IMG/VR virus record: IMGVR_UViG_2595698945_000001
DNA from: a virus
Taxonomy: Duplodnaviria > Heunggongvirae > Uroviricota > Caudoviricetes
Reading direction: 5' to 3' (one strand)
DNA length: 64,000 nucleotides
The translations under genes and the position numbers were made by a program. Below, piece by piece: positions 48,177 to 57,416 of the stretch (its first letter is position 1; each line of letters starts with the position of its first letter). The notes beneath the pieces were generated by a model that ran no database searches, was not told where the DNA came from, and saw nothing but the letters and a program-made list of their open reading frames with translations.

Positions 48177-49289
48177 AGGTTGATTTTGTCTATCCTACTG
48201 AATCGAGACTTTACGAACGGTCAGTTTGCCAGTGGTTCGTATGCCAAAGTGGTTGAAACGGTGCTCAACACTGGCGTTCACGCGGGTGATCGCACCGGAA
48301 CCGGCACAAAAAGTGTTTCATATGTCCCTTCCTACTACATGCTGACGGGCGGCTCTGTTCCACTTATCTCCGGAAAAGCCGTCAATCTGAAGCCGTTACT
48401 GGTTGAGCTGGAGTGGTATCTCAAAGGAACGGGCAACATCCAGTTCCTGAAAGACAATGGCGTCAAAATCTGGGATGCCTGGGCCGATGAAAATGGCGAT
48501 TTAGGCCCGGTCTATGGCAAGCAATGGCGTCGGTGGGAAGACACTCGCATCGTGAGCCATAGCGAGTATCTGCGCAAAATCGACACGTTCCGTGAGCGCG
48601 GGTACAAGGTCGAGGGGTATCTGGGCGTAAGTGAAGATCGCGTTGTGTTGTCCCGTGAAATCGACCAGCTACAGCGTATCGTTGACACGCTTCGCACCAA
48701 CCCTACAGATCGTCGCATCCTGCTGAATGCTTGGAATGTTGGCGAACTGGAAGATATGAAGCTGCCGCCATGCCATTTCGTGTTTTCACTGTGGAGTCGC
48801 GAGCTGGACTTTGAGACCCGACTGACTATGGCCACCGACATTGGCATACAGCACAACCGCCACGGCCACGAGTCCATTTACACCCAGATGCTGTGTCTTC
48901 TGGAAAGAGATGGCGGCATTACTGAGAACACGCTGGACGAGTTGGGCATCCCGAAACGCATTCTGAACTCATGCCTGGTTCAACGCAGTGTCGATACCTT
49001 TGTTGGTATGCCGTTCAACATCGCCGGTTACGGCATTCTCACCCACTTCCTCGCGAAGATCACCGGCCACATGGCTGGCGCATTCGTACATTTTGGCTTT
49101 GACGTTCATCTCTACGACAACCACATGGAAGGCGTTGAGGAACTGATGAAGCGCGAGCCGCCCAAAGAGTCCGACCCGGTTGTCATCTTCCCGCATGAAT
49201 GGGCCGAACTGGACGACTTCAAATGGGAAGGTGTGCAGGTGTGCGGCTACAGCCCTCTTCCGTGGATCAAGGTTCCAGTGGCGGTGTGA
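48174..49289 (+). CDS. thyA: Thymidylate synthase ThyA with two large insertions
   Basis: DRTGTGT, GDLGPVYGKQWRRW, LPPCH, FVGMPFNIAGY. About 30-aa and 50-aa inserts relative to E. coli ThyA. GTG/TTG start. Confidence 0.8.
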   Translation: MRLILSILLNRDFTNGQFASGSYAKVVETVLNTGVHAGDRTGTGTKSVSYVPSYYMLTGGSVPLISGKAVNLKPLLVELEWYLKGTGNIQFLKDNGVKIWDAWADENGDLGPVYGKQWRRWEDTRIVSHSEYLRKIDTFRERGYKVEGYLGVSEDRVVLSREIDQLQRIVDTLRTNPTDRRILLNAWNVGELEDMKLPPCHFVFSLWSRELDFETRLTMATDIGIQHNRHGHESIYTQMLCLLERDGGITENTLDELGIPKRILNSCLVQRSVDTFVGMPFNIAGYGILTHFLAKITGHMAGAFVHFGFDVHLYDNHMEGVEELMKREPPKESDPVVIFPHEWAELDDFKWEGVQVCGYSPLPWIKVPVAV

Positions 49290-49290
49290 T

Positions 49291-49704
49291 ATGGCCAGAG
49301 GGATGTATGTGTTGTGTGAAATTGAAGGTGTGCTGGCGAGAGCCAGCCATCGTAAAGCAGTGCCTGATGCGGATGCAGGCGCTCTCATTGCCGGTGATGA
49401 ACTCATCTTTCCCACCAGCCGCATGTTGCGTGGTTTTGCTCGATCCGGTGCTGAAGTGGTGCTTATCAGTAGTCGTCAGGAAGCGCTCGAAGGCCCAACC
49501 AAACGCTGGCTGAAGGACTTCGGCATTGATTATGACTGGCTCCACCTGGTTCCGCGCGGTGTCAGTTTTGAAACCCATATCAAGCGCACGCTGGCAGAGC
49601 ACAAAGGCGACTTACTTATCGCCGCACTGGTTCATGATCCGCGTCTGCGTTCTGCGCTGGCAGATTCTCACCAGCCACCAACCATCTATGAGGTAAGCCA
49701 ATGA
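49291..49704 (+). CDS. Hypothetical protein (possible HAD-like nucleotidase fold)
   Basis: ATG 2 nt after the thyA stop. Overlaps the DHFR start. Confidence 0.35.
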   Translation: MARGMYVLCEIEGVLARASHRKAVPDADAGALIAGDELIFPTSRMLRGFARSGAEVVLISSRQEALEGPTKRWLKDFGIDYDWLHLVPRGVSFETHIKRTLAEHKGDLLIAALVHDPRLRSALADSHQPPTIYEVSQ

Positions 49705-50177
49705 AGATGATTGCAGCTGTCGGCCGCAACTATGAAATCGGCATTGGCAACGAACTTCCCTGGCGTTGCCCGACCGATCTGAAACTGTTCAAACAACTCA
49801 CCAAAAACGCCACTGTCGTGATGGGACGTAAGACGATGGAAAGTCTTAAACGCCCGCTACCAGAGCGCCATAACCTCGTTTTGACGCGCTCTCGTGGCTA
49901 TATCCCCAATGGTTTCTACCCCGCTGGCATCGATGACGTTTTGAGACTACCAGATCCGGTCTGGGTGATTGGTGGCGGGCAGATTTACTCGCTCTTTATG
50001 CCACACGTTGAAGAGATCTGGCTGTCGCATATTGGCGTGGATGTGCCGGGCGCGGATGCGTTCTTCCCGGCGCCAATGATGCGTTCTTTAGGGTTCGTAC
50101 CAGTCGAAACGGCTTATACCCAACGTGCAAATGAGGATGAGCCTGGCTTTTTGCAGATCGTATACAGAAGGTCGTAA
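49701..50177 (+). CDS. folA: Dihydrofolate reductase
   Basis: MIAAVGRNYEIGIGNELPW...VVMGRKTMESL...NLVLTRS aligns with E. coli FolA. Confidence 0.8.
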   Translation: MKMIAAVGRNYEIGIGNELPWRCPTDLKLFKQLTKNATVVMGRKTMESLKRPLPERHNLVLTRSRGYIPNGFYPAGIDDVLRLPDPVWVIGGGQIYSLFMPHVEEIWLSHIGVDVPGADAFFPAPMMRSLGFVPVETAYTQRANEDEPGFLQIVYRRS

Positions 50178-50821
50178 TGGATTACCGGATTGGAATCACT
50201 GGCGCACAGGGCAGTGGGAAAACAACCCTGGCAAGGTACATCGATGCGCATTATGGCATTCCGTATGTGGATGCCGGTGTTGGCAAGCTGATGAGCAGTC
50301 TGGGGGTGAAGGTTGGCGAGCGTTTGCCTCTTTACGAACGTCTTCAGGTTCAGATGGAGATTGCCAGACACATCGAGATGATCACCCGCGGCGTTGAAGG
50401 TTTTGTTATCGACCGCACGCCAGCCGATGTCATGGCTTATACGCTAGACCTGGTCGGTCAGACCAACGAAGACCGCTGCATCGAGCTGGCTCTCGACATT
50501 GAGCAGTTTTGCCACAAAGCGGCCATTTCCAACTTCAATGCTATCGCGGGTCTTCGCCCGGGCGTTGAGCTTTCCAGCAAAGATCTCGCGCGTCCCCAGC
50601 GAGGATCGCTTGACCGTCTCTATGTTGCTCGCATCGATGCACTTATGTGCGGTGAGCTGACGAAAATCAACACGCTTCCCCAAACCGGCGATCTGCAGGT
50701 GTTCGTTATCTCTGAAAAGTGCCGCACGGTTGAAGCGCGAGCCAGATCGGTATTGCGAGTGCTGGACAGAGCCGCTGAAAACATCGAGCGCCGTATAACA
50801 GGACGAGTGACCTTCCACTGA
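50177..50821 (+). CDS. P-loop nucleotide/(d)NMP kinase
   Basis: Walker A GITGAQGSGKTTLA at the N-terminus. Sits in the thyA-folA operon. Confidence 0.5.
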   Translation: MDYRIGITGAQGSGKTTLARYIDAHYGIPYVDAGVGKLMSSLGVKVGERLPLYERLQVQMEIARHIEMITRGVEGFVIDRTPADVMAYTLDLVGQTNEDRCIELALDIEQFCHKAAISNFNAIAGLRPGVELSSKDLARPQRGSLDRLYVARIDALMCGELTKINTLPQTGDLQVFVISEKCRTVEARARSVLRVLDRAAENIERRITGRVTFH

Positions 50822-50884
50822 ATGTTGCTCCCCTGTTGGGCAGTGTGACAATAAGACACGCGAAATGAATCGAGGAAAAACAGA

Positions 50885-51304
50885 ATGATAGACGAACTTC
50901 CCCTCTCGGATGAATTAGATCGTAAAGTGATTGAAGCACTGATCCGCATTGCTGACGAACAATCCCGCTCTTTGATGAGTGAACGTGAAGCACGTCAGGC
51001 TATCCGCGCAGTGTTTGAGTCCGTTCAAGGGCTTGTTGGGGAAGAGGTTGGCGAAGCCATCAATGTGGCGATGTCGCAGTTCAATGGCGGCACCAAGCGC
51101 CCTCTGTTTCCTATGCACCTCAAACTCTCAGGCGGTACGGTTCTGTTCGTATCCGTTTGCCTGGAGACCAATCAAATCCAGATCCTCAACACATCAACGG
51201 GCGAATGGCGCGAGCCGGTCGTCTGCGAAAGTGGCGAGGACGCACTGAAAAAGGCTGCTCAGTTTGTGCGTGGCGCACTGCTGAAAGGCGCGAAGAAGCT
51301 GTAA
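50885..51304 (+). CDS. Hypothetical protein
   Basis: 139 aa. Confidence 0.4.
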   Translation: MIDELPLSDELDRKVIEALIRIADEQSRSLMSEREARQAIRAVFESVQGLVGEEVGEAINVAMSQFNGGTKRPLFPMHLKLSGGTVLFVSVCLETNQIQILNTSTGEWREPVVCESGEDALKKAAQFVRGALLKGAKKL

Positions 51305-51313
51305 GGAGTACCA

Positions 51314-51871
51314 ATGACCACGATTGTCGGTGGCGTAGATATTGAGTCCACAGGGCTGGACTTCACATCCGGCCACAAAATTATCGAAATCGCGATAACC
51401 CGGTATGAACTGGAAACCCAGAAGCACATCGACAGCCTTGAGATGCGCTTCAACCCGCGTCGCAGTATCGATCCGAAAGCGCAGGCGGTGCATGGCATTT
51501 CACTGGAAGAGCTGGCGACGGAACCGCTACTGGCTGACCACGCAGGCAAGATTGCTGCGTACATGGGCGCATGTAGCGCGTTAGTCGCCCATAACGGAGA
51601 GGCTTTTGACCTTCCGTTCATTCGCCACGAGTTCGGTAGCTATGGGGTGAAATTGCCAGATATCCCTCTTGTTGACTCAATGCTAGATGGCTTGTGGGCT
51701 ACCGAGGATGGGAAGCGTCCACGCCTGGAAGAGCTGGCGTTCTCACTTGGGTTCACTTACGACCGTGAGAAGGCCCACAGTGCTCTCTACGATACTGACC
51801 TGATGATGCAGTGTTTCTTCAAAGCCCGAGAGAAATACGGCTTCTTCAAACTACCATTTGAGCGTTCTTGA
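51314..51871 (+). CDS. DnaQ-like 3'-5' proofreading exonuclease (DEDDh)
   Basis: Exo I VDIESTGL. Exo II HNGEAFDLPF. Exo III HSALYDTD. Confidence 0.7.
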   Translation: MTTIVGGVDIESTGLDFTSGHKIIEIAITRYELETQKHIDSLEMRFNPRRSIDPKAQAVHGISLEELATEPLLADHAGKIAAYMGACSALVAHNGEAFDLPFIRHEFGSYGVKLPDIPLVDSMLDGLWATEDGKRPRLEELAFSLGFTYDREKAHSALYDTDLMMQCFFKAREKYGFFKLPFERS

Positions 51872-51923
51872 TTGTTGGCCTCACCCTAAACTAGGGTGAG
51901 GCAAAGAAGTGAATTATGAGTTG

Positions 51924-52025
51924 TTAAAAAAAGCGAATGAGTAGATAGGCGTATTCCACAACAGCAACAGCAATGACACCCGTGATAAGTTTCTTGCCTA
52001 CAGATTCAAGTTTCTCACTATTCAT
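51924..52025 (-). CDS. 33-aa hydrophobic peptide with strong RBS (candidate small toxin or membrane peptide)
   Basis: Minus-strand RBS GGAAAGGAAA 6 nt before the ATG. MNSEKLESVGKKLITGVIAVAVVEYAYLLIRFF. Adjacent hairpin at 51877-51902. Confidence 0.25.
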   Translation of the reverse strand: MNSEKLESVGKKLITGVIAVAVVEYAYLLIRFF

Positions 52026-52292
52026 AACCGTTTCCTTTCCATACTGAACAACGCGCTTTAGCGCCGTATATAAATAACGATTTCTACGCGCTCATAAATT
52101 GATTTAAGTCACCTCTGTGTATCAAAAATCCTCATGTTATTAGTTAGTTAATTAGCAACCTCTCATCTTGGATTTGCTGCCGTATCTCAAGCTTAACTGC
52201 CTGTATTTATAACTTTCACGCCTGATAGGTTTTGCCAGAATACGCTCAACCAAAACGCGGAAACGCACCAACAAAAACATAAGGAGTTAAAA

Positions 52293-53135
52293 ATGAATGC
52301 AGATGCAAACACTGTAAAAAACGATGACCTGGATGAACTGACTGCAATGCTGCAATCTCTCGACGAACCAGTTCAGAAAGCTGTGAAAATGAGCGGTGTC
52401 GACGAGATCGACGATCTTCTCTCTGGTCTGGACGATGCAATCGCAAAACCAGTCGAGGCAGTGGCGGATGAGGTCCTGAATGCCAGCTCTACCGGCGATC
52501 TGAGTAGCGTTCTGGAAGAGCTGGAGATTGAGCACGAATCGGTGAAGGTCGAGGAACCAGAGCGTGACCTTATTGCGGAGATAGTGAGCGAGCCAGCGCC
52601 TGAGCTTGACGCTAGAAATACTGAGACTACCGGTGCAGATCCAACTCCTTTACCTTCAGTGGAGTCAGAGCCTAAACCTGAAGAAGAGCAGCCAAAACGC
52701 CAGAAGGCAAAATCAGAGCGTGCGCCGGCCAAACCTCGCTTCACGCTGGAAGGTAAGGACGAATCGTTCTATGCGACAGCCGGTCTGGAAAGTGAGAGTT
52801 TTACTGCCGCATTCGAAGGGGCGCCAGTCAAAGCGAAAGACAAGATCTTAAACCTTTTGAACTGGTTTAGTGGTGGGCCGGAAATCAGCGTCTACACGGT
52901 GATCGCAATGCGCCATATCCTTGACGCGAACACGGCAACCAGTAATAGCATTAAACTGGCGCTAATGAGCAACCCGGAGAAACCATACCCGCTCAACACG
53001 GCTTCGACTCAGGCTGGCCAGATGATGGCTGTCTTTCCAGCCACTGGCATCGCCACCAGGGAAGGTGGAAATCTAACCCTTAATAAAGAGTCGCCGATCG
53101 TCAAAAAATTCATAGCGGAGTATTCCATTGGATGA
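52293..53135 (+). CDS. Hypothetical protein with highly acidic N-terminal half
   Basis: RBS AAGGAG. D/E-rich first ~110 aa. Pro/Glu/Lys linker. Confidence 0.45.
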   Translation: MNADANTVKNDDLDELTAMLQSLDEPVQKAVKMSGVDEIDDLLSGLDDAIAKPVEAVADEVLNASSTGDLSSVLEELEIEHESVKVEEPERDLIAEIVSEPAPELDARNTETTGADPTPLPSVESEPKPEEEQPKRQKAKSERAPAKPRFTLEGKDESFYATAGLESESFTAAFEGAPVKAKDKILNLLNWFSGGPEISVYTVIAMRHILDANTATSNSIKLALMSNPEKPYPLNTASTQAGQMMAVFPATGIATREGGNLTLNKESPIVKKFIAEYSIG

Positions 53136-53286
53136 TGTTCCCCTACCCGATCTAAAGCCCCCTGAGAGCTTTAGGACGCTGGGTAAGCTCATTGCATACC
53201 CAGCATCGATAAAACGCGCCAGAGAGCTTCCCGTTTGCGAATCTGGCGCTTTCTTCTTTGTTTGCTATCCGTTGGATTAAATGAAA

Positions 53287-53313
53287 AAATAGGTAAGTGT
53301 TTACCTATCATGG
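53287..53313. promoter_or_regulatory. Motif A palindrome copy
   Basis: aaataggtaagtgtttacctatcatgg. Confidence 0.5.
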
Positions 53314-53320
53314 CAAGGTA

Positions 53321-53914
53321 ATGATCGCAGCCGAAAAAATCAAAAAGCGAGAGCGTGATGCCTCTCTTCGCGACCTTTGGCGCACACCGCAGTGGTTGTT
53401 TGTCGCCATCCAACGTTACATAGGCGTAAAGTTCGATGTGGACGTCGCCTGCAACAAAGATAATGCCCTCCTGCCGAACTTTATCGGTGTTGAGCGTGAT
53501 GCGCTCAAGTGCAGCTGGGGAGAACCTGGCACTGTGGCGTTCCTTAACCCGCCCTACTCCAAAATCACCCCCTGGATAGACGCAGCCATTCGCGAGCAGG
53601 CGCGTGGAGTGACGACGGTCATGCTGATACCACAATCACTCGATACGCAGTGGTACGAGCGTGCGGCTGAATGCGCCAACGAAACCGTCATCTTGTCTGG
53701 CGGCCGCGTGGCGTTCGTTGAGCCGGATGTTGAACTTGGGCTGGTGGAGGTGAACATCAACCCTGGTGGCAGCATGTTGCTTATCTTCCGTGGCTACTGT
53801 CAGGAAGCTGGGCACACCATCAGCAAGATACCGCTGGCGGTAATGAAAAAGCTGGGTGGTTATGATCCTGCCAATGTTGTCAGGAAGAAGAGACCACGTA
53901 AAAAGGCAGCGTAA
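53321..53914 (+). CDS. DNA N6-adenine methyltransferase (phage Dam-type)
   Basis: ATG at 53321 after RBS AAGG. WRTPQWLF and FLNPPYS (NPPY catalytic motif). Confidence 0.75.
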   Translation: MIAAEKIKKRERDASLRDLWRTPQWLFVAIQRYIGVKFDVDVACNKDNALLPNFIGVERDALKCSWGEPGTVAFLNPPYSKITPWIDAAIREQARGVTTVMLIPQSLDTQWYERAAECANETVILSGGRVAFVEPDVELGLVEVNINPGGSMLLIFRGYCQEAGHTISKIPLAVMKKLGGYDPANVVRKKRPRKKAA

Positions 53915-53936
53915 ACACCAGTCTGGGAGTTAGTTT

Positions 53937-54006
53937 GAGAACCTGCTTCCGTATATATAAATAACTAAGTACTAATTATTAATATATACAGACGCAGGCT
54001 TTTTAA
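53937..54006 (+). repeat. Hairpin element R2 (second copy of the 9093-9159 element)
   Basis: gagaacctgcttccgtatatataaataactaagtactaattattaatatatacagacgcaggcttttt. Confidence 0.6.
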
Positions 54007-54116
54007 GACGTGATTTCCAAACAACTCCCAGACCGTTTTACACCTCCAGAACCCACTGGAGTCCCGCTCCAGACGCTCTAGAATCGATTTTATGAACCAC
54101 AGTAAGGAAAACTATC

Positions 54117-54347
54117 ATGGTATACCCGACGAACGTCGTAGCGCTCGTTGAGAGCGATTTTCTGGCCAAAGTGCGCGACATGATGAAAGATCGCGATAAG
54201 GCTTTCAGTCTCTACGAATGGTCGCTCAAATGTCTTCATTCAGGCGAGCACAAAGAGCTGGTGGAGCAGCTGTTAGGGGAACTCATCAATGAGGTGTTTG
54301 CCCTGAACGTCCAGCTTCACGGTCGAGAAAATAATCAATCGAAATAA
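54117..54347 (+). CDS. Hypothetical protein
   Basis: RBS AAGGAA. 76 aa. Confidence 0.4.
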   Translation: MVYPTNVVALVESDFLAKVRDMMKDRDKAFSLYEWSLKCLHSGEHKELVEQLLGELINEVFALNVQLHGRENNQSK

Positions 54348-54372
54348 TCGGTAAGTACTTACCATTTAAAAC
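54345..54372. promoter_or_regulatory. Motif A palindrome copy
   Basis: aataatcggtaagtacttaccatttaaa. Confidence 0.5.
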
Positions 54373-54940
54373 ACAGATCGCCAGTGATAAAATCTACCCG
54401 CTTTCCGGATTGATTCCGGCAGCTCGATCTGATGGGTGGGGGATAGCGTCACTGGCGTCAGGTTTAAAAAAGCTCACTACCAGCGTAGAACCGGCACCGT
54501 TTAGGGGTTGGGGAAGGGGGAACCAAAGTGGGTAGAGAGAAGGGTCACTTTATGATTGTCGAGTCTGGAGTGTTTCGAGAGGTTGAATCCAGTACTCCCC
54601 TTCATAAAGTGTGGGAAGATCTCGGTTCTGGGGTGCTGTCATCCATAACTTCCCAAGCCTAAGCTGGCAGTAGACTTAGGTCATACCTTTTCAGGTTATG
54701 AAACGACCAGGTTGGTGAGGGAATTTTGTACTCACCTCCCTGGGAGAGTATTACCTGAAAAGACAACCTCTCACTTCGTTCGAGGTGAACTTCACTCACT
54801 TCGTTCGTTCAGTTCAGGTTTTAATAAAACCTGTTCTGGGAAGTAAGTTTTTCTTTTATAAAATTTTTAATATTTACACGCACGCGTGCGCACACGCGCG
54901 AGGGAAAAAAATCGTCGCGGCGCGCGATTCTGGAGCCAAA

Positions 54941-55549
54941 ATGACGACCAAGACCCCAGTCCGGCAACATACTGGCTGCCGCACGAAGTCCAAAGCCAGA
55001 TACCAAACCCACCAGCAATCCCGTACCAACTTCAAAACCCCCGTAGTCGAGTTCAATCCCCAGCTCAAAACCGTAAAAGTATTCAGTGATGGCTCTTGCC
55101 TCAAAAATCCGGGCGGGCCGGGCGGTTACGGCATCGTTCTCCAGTATCGAGGCGAAGAGCGCGAGCTTTCTGAGGGCTTCCACAGCACGACCAACAATCG
55201 GATGGAGATGATGGGCGCCCTGATTGCGCTGGAGCGTCTGAAGTACCCCTGCAACGTGATCCTGCATTCCGACAGCCAGTATCTAAAAAACGGCATGACG
55301 CTCTGGATGAAAGGCTGGAAGCGTAACGGATGGATCACGTCTGAGAAGAAGCCAGTCAAAAACGTCGATCTCTGGAAACGTCTTGATGCGGCCGCCAGCC
55401 GTCACAATGTCCGCTGGAAGTGGGTTAAAGGTCATGCCGGTCATCGCGAGAACGAAATGTGTGACCGTCTGGCGAAGATCGCCGCCTACTCCGCAGCTGA
55501 TATGCCTCACAAGCGTGACATTGGATTTTTGTCACAAAATGATAAGTAA
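54941..55549 (+). CDS. rnhA: Ribonuclease HI with ~45-aa basic N-terminal extension
   Basis: ATG after [44 protein letters not shown] align with E. coli RNase HI. Confidence 0.8.
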   Translation: MTTKTPVRQHTGCRTKSKARYQTHQQSRTNFKTPVVEFNPQLKTVKVFSDGSCLKNPGGPGGYGIVLQYRGEERELSEGFHSTTNNRMEMMGALIALERLKYPCNVILHSDSQYLKNGMTLWMKGWKRNGWITSEKKPVKNVDLWKRLDAAASRHNVRWKWVKGHAGHRENEMCDRLAKIAAYSAADMPHKRDIGFLSQNDK

Positions 55550-55568
55550 GTATTTACCTATCATTTTA
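55538..55568. promoter_or_regulatory. Motif A palindrome copy
   Basis: aaatgataagtaagtatttacctatcatttt. Confidence 0.5.
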
Positions 55569-55947
55569 AATCAGTTATCTTACCGTTCGTCAGGATGACG
55601 AAGTACCGGTTAGGTACTGTTCCAGGATGGAACGCCAAAAGGCGGCTGGCTTGGCCAGCCGCAACTCTTTCTGACACTGAATGGAATCCAAATGGCATGT
55701 CAAACGCCTTTCACTTCTTTCAATAAACGTCCCCGTTCAATTCGCCTGGTTCTGGCCGAGCTGTTTAGCGGCCGTGTTTCTGCACGCCTTGCGGAACTGG
55801 AAGAACGAGTGTTTGAGCTGGAGAAGCGCATTGATGCGCAAGCTACCGCCATAGCAAATCTGGGTGCGACAGTAGGCATGGGGAAGGTGCGTGATTCCGT
55901 CGCCTCTCGTGTGTTGCGTGAATCCCAGGCACACAAGGACAGTTCTC

Positions 55948-56199
55948 ATGGAAAATTTTCAACGAAATCGACTGAAGCCAATGGCCTACGGAGTAATTTT
56001 AGCAACCCTGGCAGCGGTAGCCGTGCCAGCCGGTCAGAGTCTGTTGATACCGGACACAACTACTTCCACCACAACCTTGCAGACGACACCCCTGCCAGAA
56101 CGACCTCCTGTCTCTCTGGATGGGATGCTGCTGGACACGATTCCAGCTCGACCTGCAACTCCGGATCTTCCTTCTGCTGTGACTGAGGCTGTTGCATGA
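55948..56199 (+). CDS. Possible secreted Thr/Pro-rich protein (coding uncertain)
   Basis: Signal-peptide-like AYGVILATLAAVAVPAGQ. ATGA overlap with the next ORF. An alternative overlapping frame exists (55692-56186). Confidence 0.25.
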   Translation: MENFQRNRLKPMAYGVILATLAAVAVPAGQSLLIPDTTTSTTTLQTTPLPERPPVSLDGMLLDTIPARPATPDLPSAVTEAVA

Positions 56200-56384
56200 A
56201 ATGGAGCTTCCAGAAAGTCACCGCGATGATTGTTGGTCTCGCCATTTTTCTGCTTGGTGGCTGGATCATGAATCTGGTGAAACTCGTGAACGGTGGCGAT
56301 CTTCAGTTTGATGCCGGAATGACACTTGCGCGTGTCGTGGGCATTTTCGTTGTTCCGGTGGGCAGCATTCTCGGGTTCTTTTGA
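56196..56384 (+). CDS. Small membrane protein (2 TM)
   Basis: 62 aa. Hydrophobic helices. Confidence 0.3.
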   Translation: MKWSFQKVTAMIVGLAIFLLGGWIMNLVKLVNGGDLQFDAGMTLARVVGIFVVPVGSILGFF

Positions 56385-56407
56385 TGCCGAATCCATTTTC
56401 GGCACTG

Positions 56408-56425
56408 TTAAAACAAATTGTTTAG
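56408..56425. promoter_or_regulatory. Motif B palindrome copy upstream of rha
   Basis: ttaaaacaaattgtttag. Confidence 0.5.
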
Positions 56426-56492
56426 CCAATTAACCAATGAGAGTTAACAACAAGGGCCACTGACGGCCCTTTTTACACTGAATGGAGAATGT

Positions 56493-57308
56493 ATGTTTGA
56501 GGCAACCGCACACGCTCCCACCACTACAGGCTTACACGCCAAACCATCGATGACCAGTCAGGAGATCGCCGAAATGGTCGGCAGTCGCCATGACAGCGTA
56601 AAACGCACCATTGAAAGACTCGCTAAATCCGGCGTTATTACTTTTCCACCAATGGTGGAAAAGCCCACAGCCGGGCGTCCGGCTACGTTTTACTTGTTCG
56701 AAGCCGAACAGGGTAAACGCGACAGCATCGTTGTCGTGGCACAGCTTTCTCCTGAATTTACCGCACGCCTTGTTGATCGGTGGAGAGAGCTTGAGTCCAT
56801 GTTTGCCGACCGCGGAACGCCTGCTATTCCACGTACCTATAAAGAGGCTCTGGTTCATTTGTTACACCAGGTCGAGGAAAACGAGCGTCTGGAGAAAGAG
56901 AACGAAGCGTTAGGCGTTGCACTATCTAACGCAAAACCAAAAGCCATTCTCATGGACACCATTTGCGGCACTGCTGATGAGCTTTATGGGCTGAATGAAG
57001 CTGGTCGCATTCTCGGAACGTCCGGGGCTGTTCTGGGTGCGCTGATGGACTCGCTGGGTGATGTGTACGTTAAGCGCAAATACACCACTGTTAACCGCCA
57101 GTTCCTCAAGATCTTCATTGACCGCGGATATGGCAAAAACGTTGTCATCGGAAACGGACGCAACCAGGCCAAGTTCACCTTTAAAGGACTTTGCTTTGCT
57201 GCCGTGAAGCTAATTGCTGCCGGGAAAATTACCGCCAGCGCCATTGAGTATGAGCCGTGTCGTGAGCATGTCGAACGTGAAATGAAGGAATCCAAATGTC
57301 TTCATTAA
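56493..57308 (+). CDS. Rha-family phage regulatory protein (Rha N-terminal domain plus C-terminal antirepressor-type domain)
   Basis: MTSQEIAEMVGSRHDSVKRTIERL matches the Rha signature (..S.eIAe..gkrHdnVlRdI..l). RBS GGAG. Confidence 0.6.
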   Translation: MFEATAHAPTTTGLHAKPSMTSQEIAEMVGSRHDSVKRTIERLAKSGVITFPPMVEKPTAGRPATFYLFEAEQGKRDSIVVVAQLSPEFTARLVDRWRELESMFADRGTPAIPRTYKEALVHLLHQVEENERLEKENEALGVALSNAKPKAILMDTICGTADELYGLNEAGRILGTSGAVLGALMDSLGDVYVKRKYTTVNRQFLKIFIDRGYGKNVVIGNGRNQAKFTFKGLCFAAVKLIAAGKITASAIEYEPCREHVEREMKESKCLH

Positions 57309-57416
57309 CCGTCAGTGTGGGCGTCCGCCTTTACGTAGCGTTTGCCCACCTTTTCAGTCACGCCACAATAACGCCATCGAGAAAACTACTTGTTTAAAAA
57401 CATAAGGAAAAAACAC

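Noticed and set aside
55692-56186. 164-aa plus-strand ORF (Ser-rich C-terminus)
   Set aside because: Overlaps in another frame with a signal-peptide ORF (55948-56199) that is translationally coupled to 56196-56384. Kept as unresolved rather than reported as a gene.
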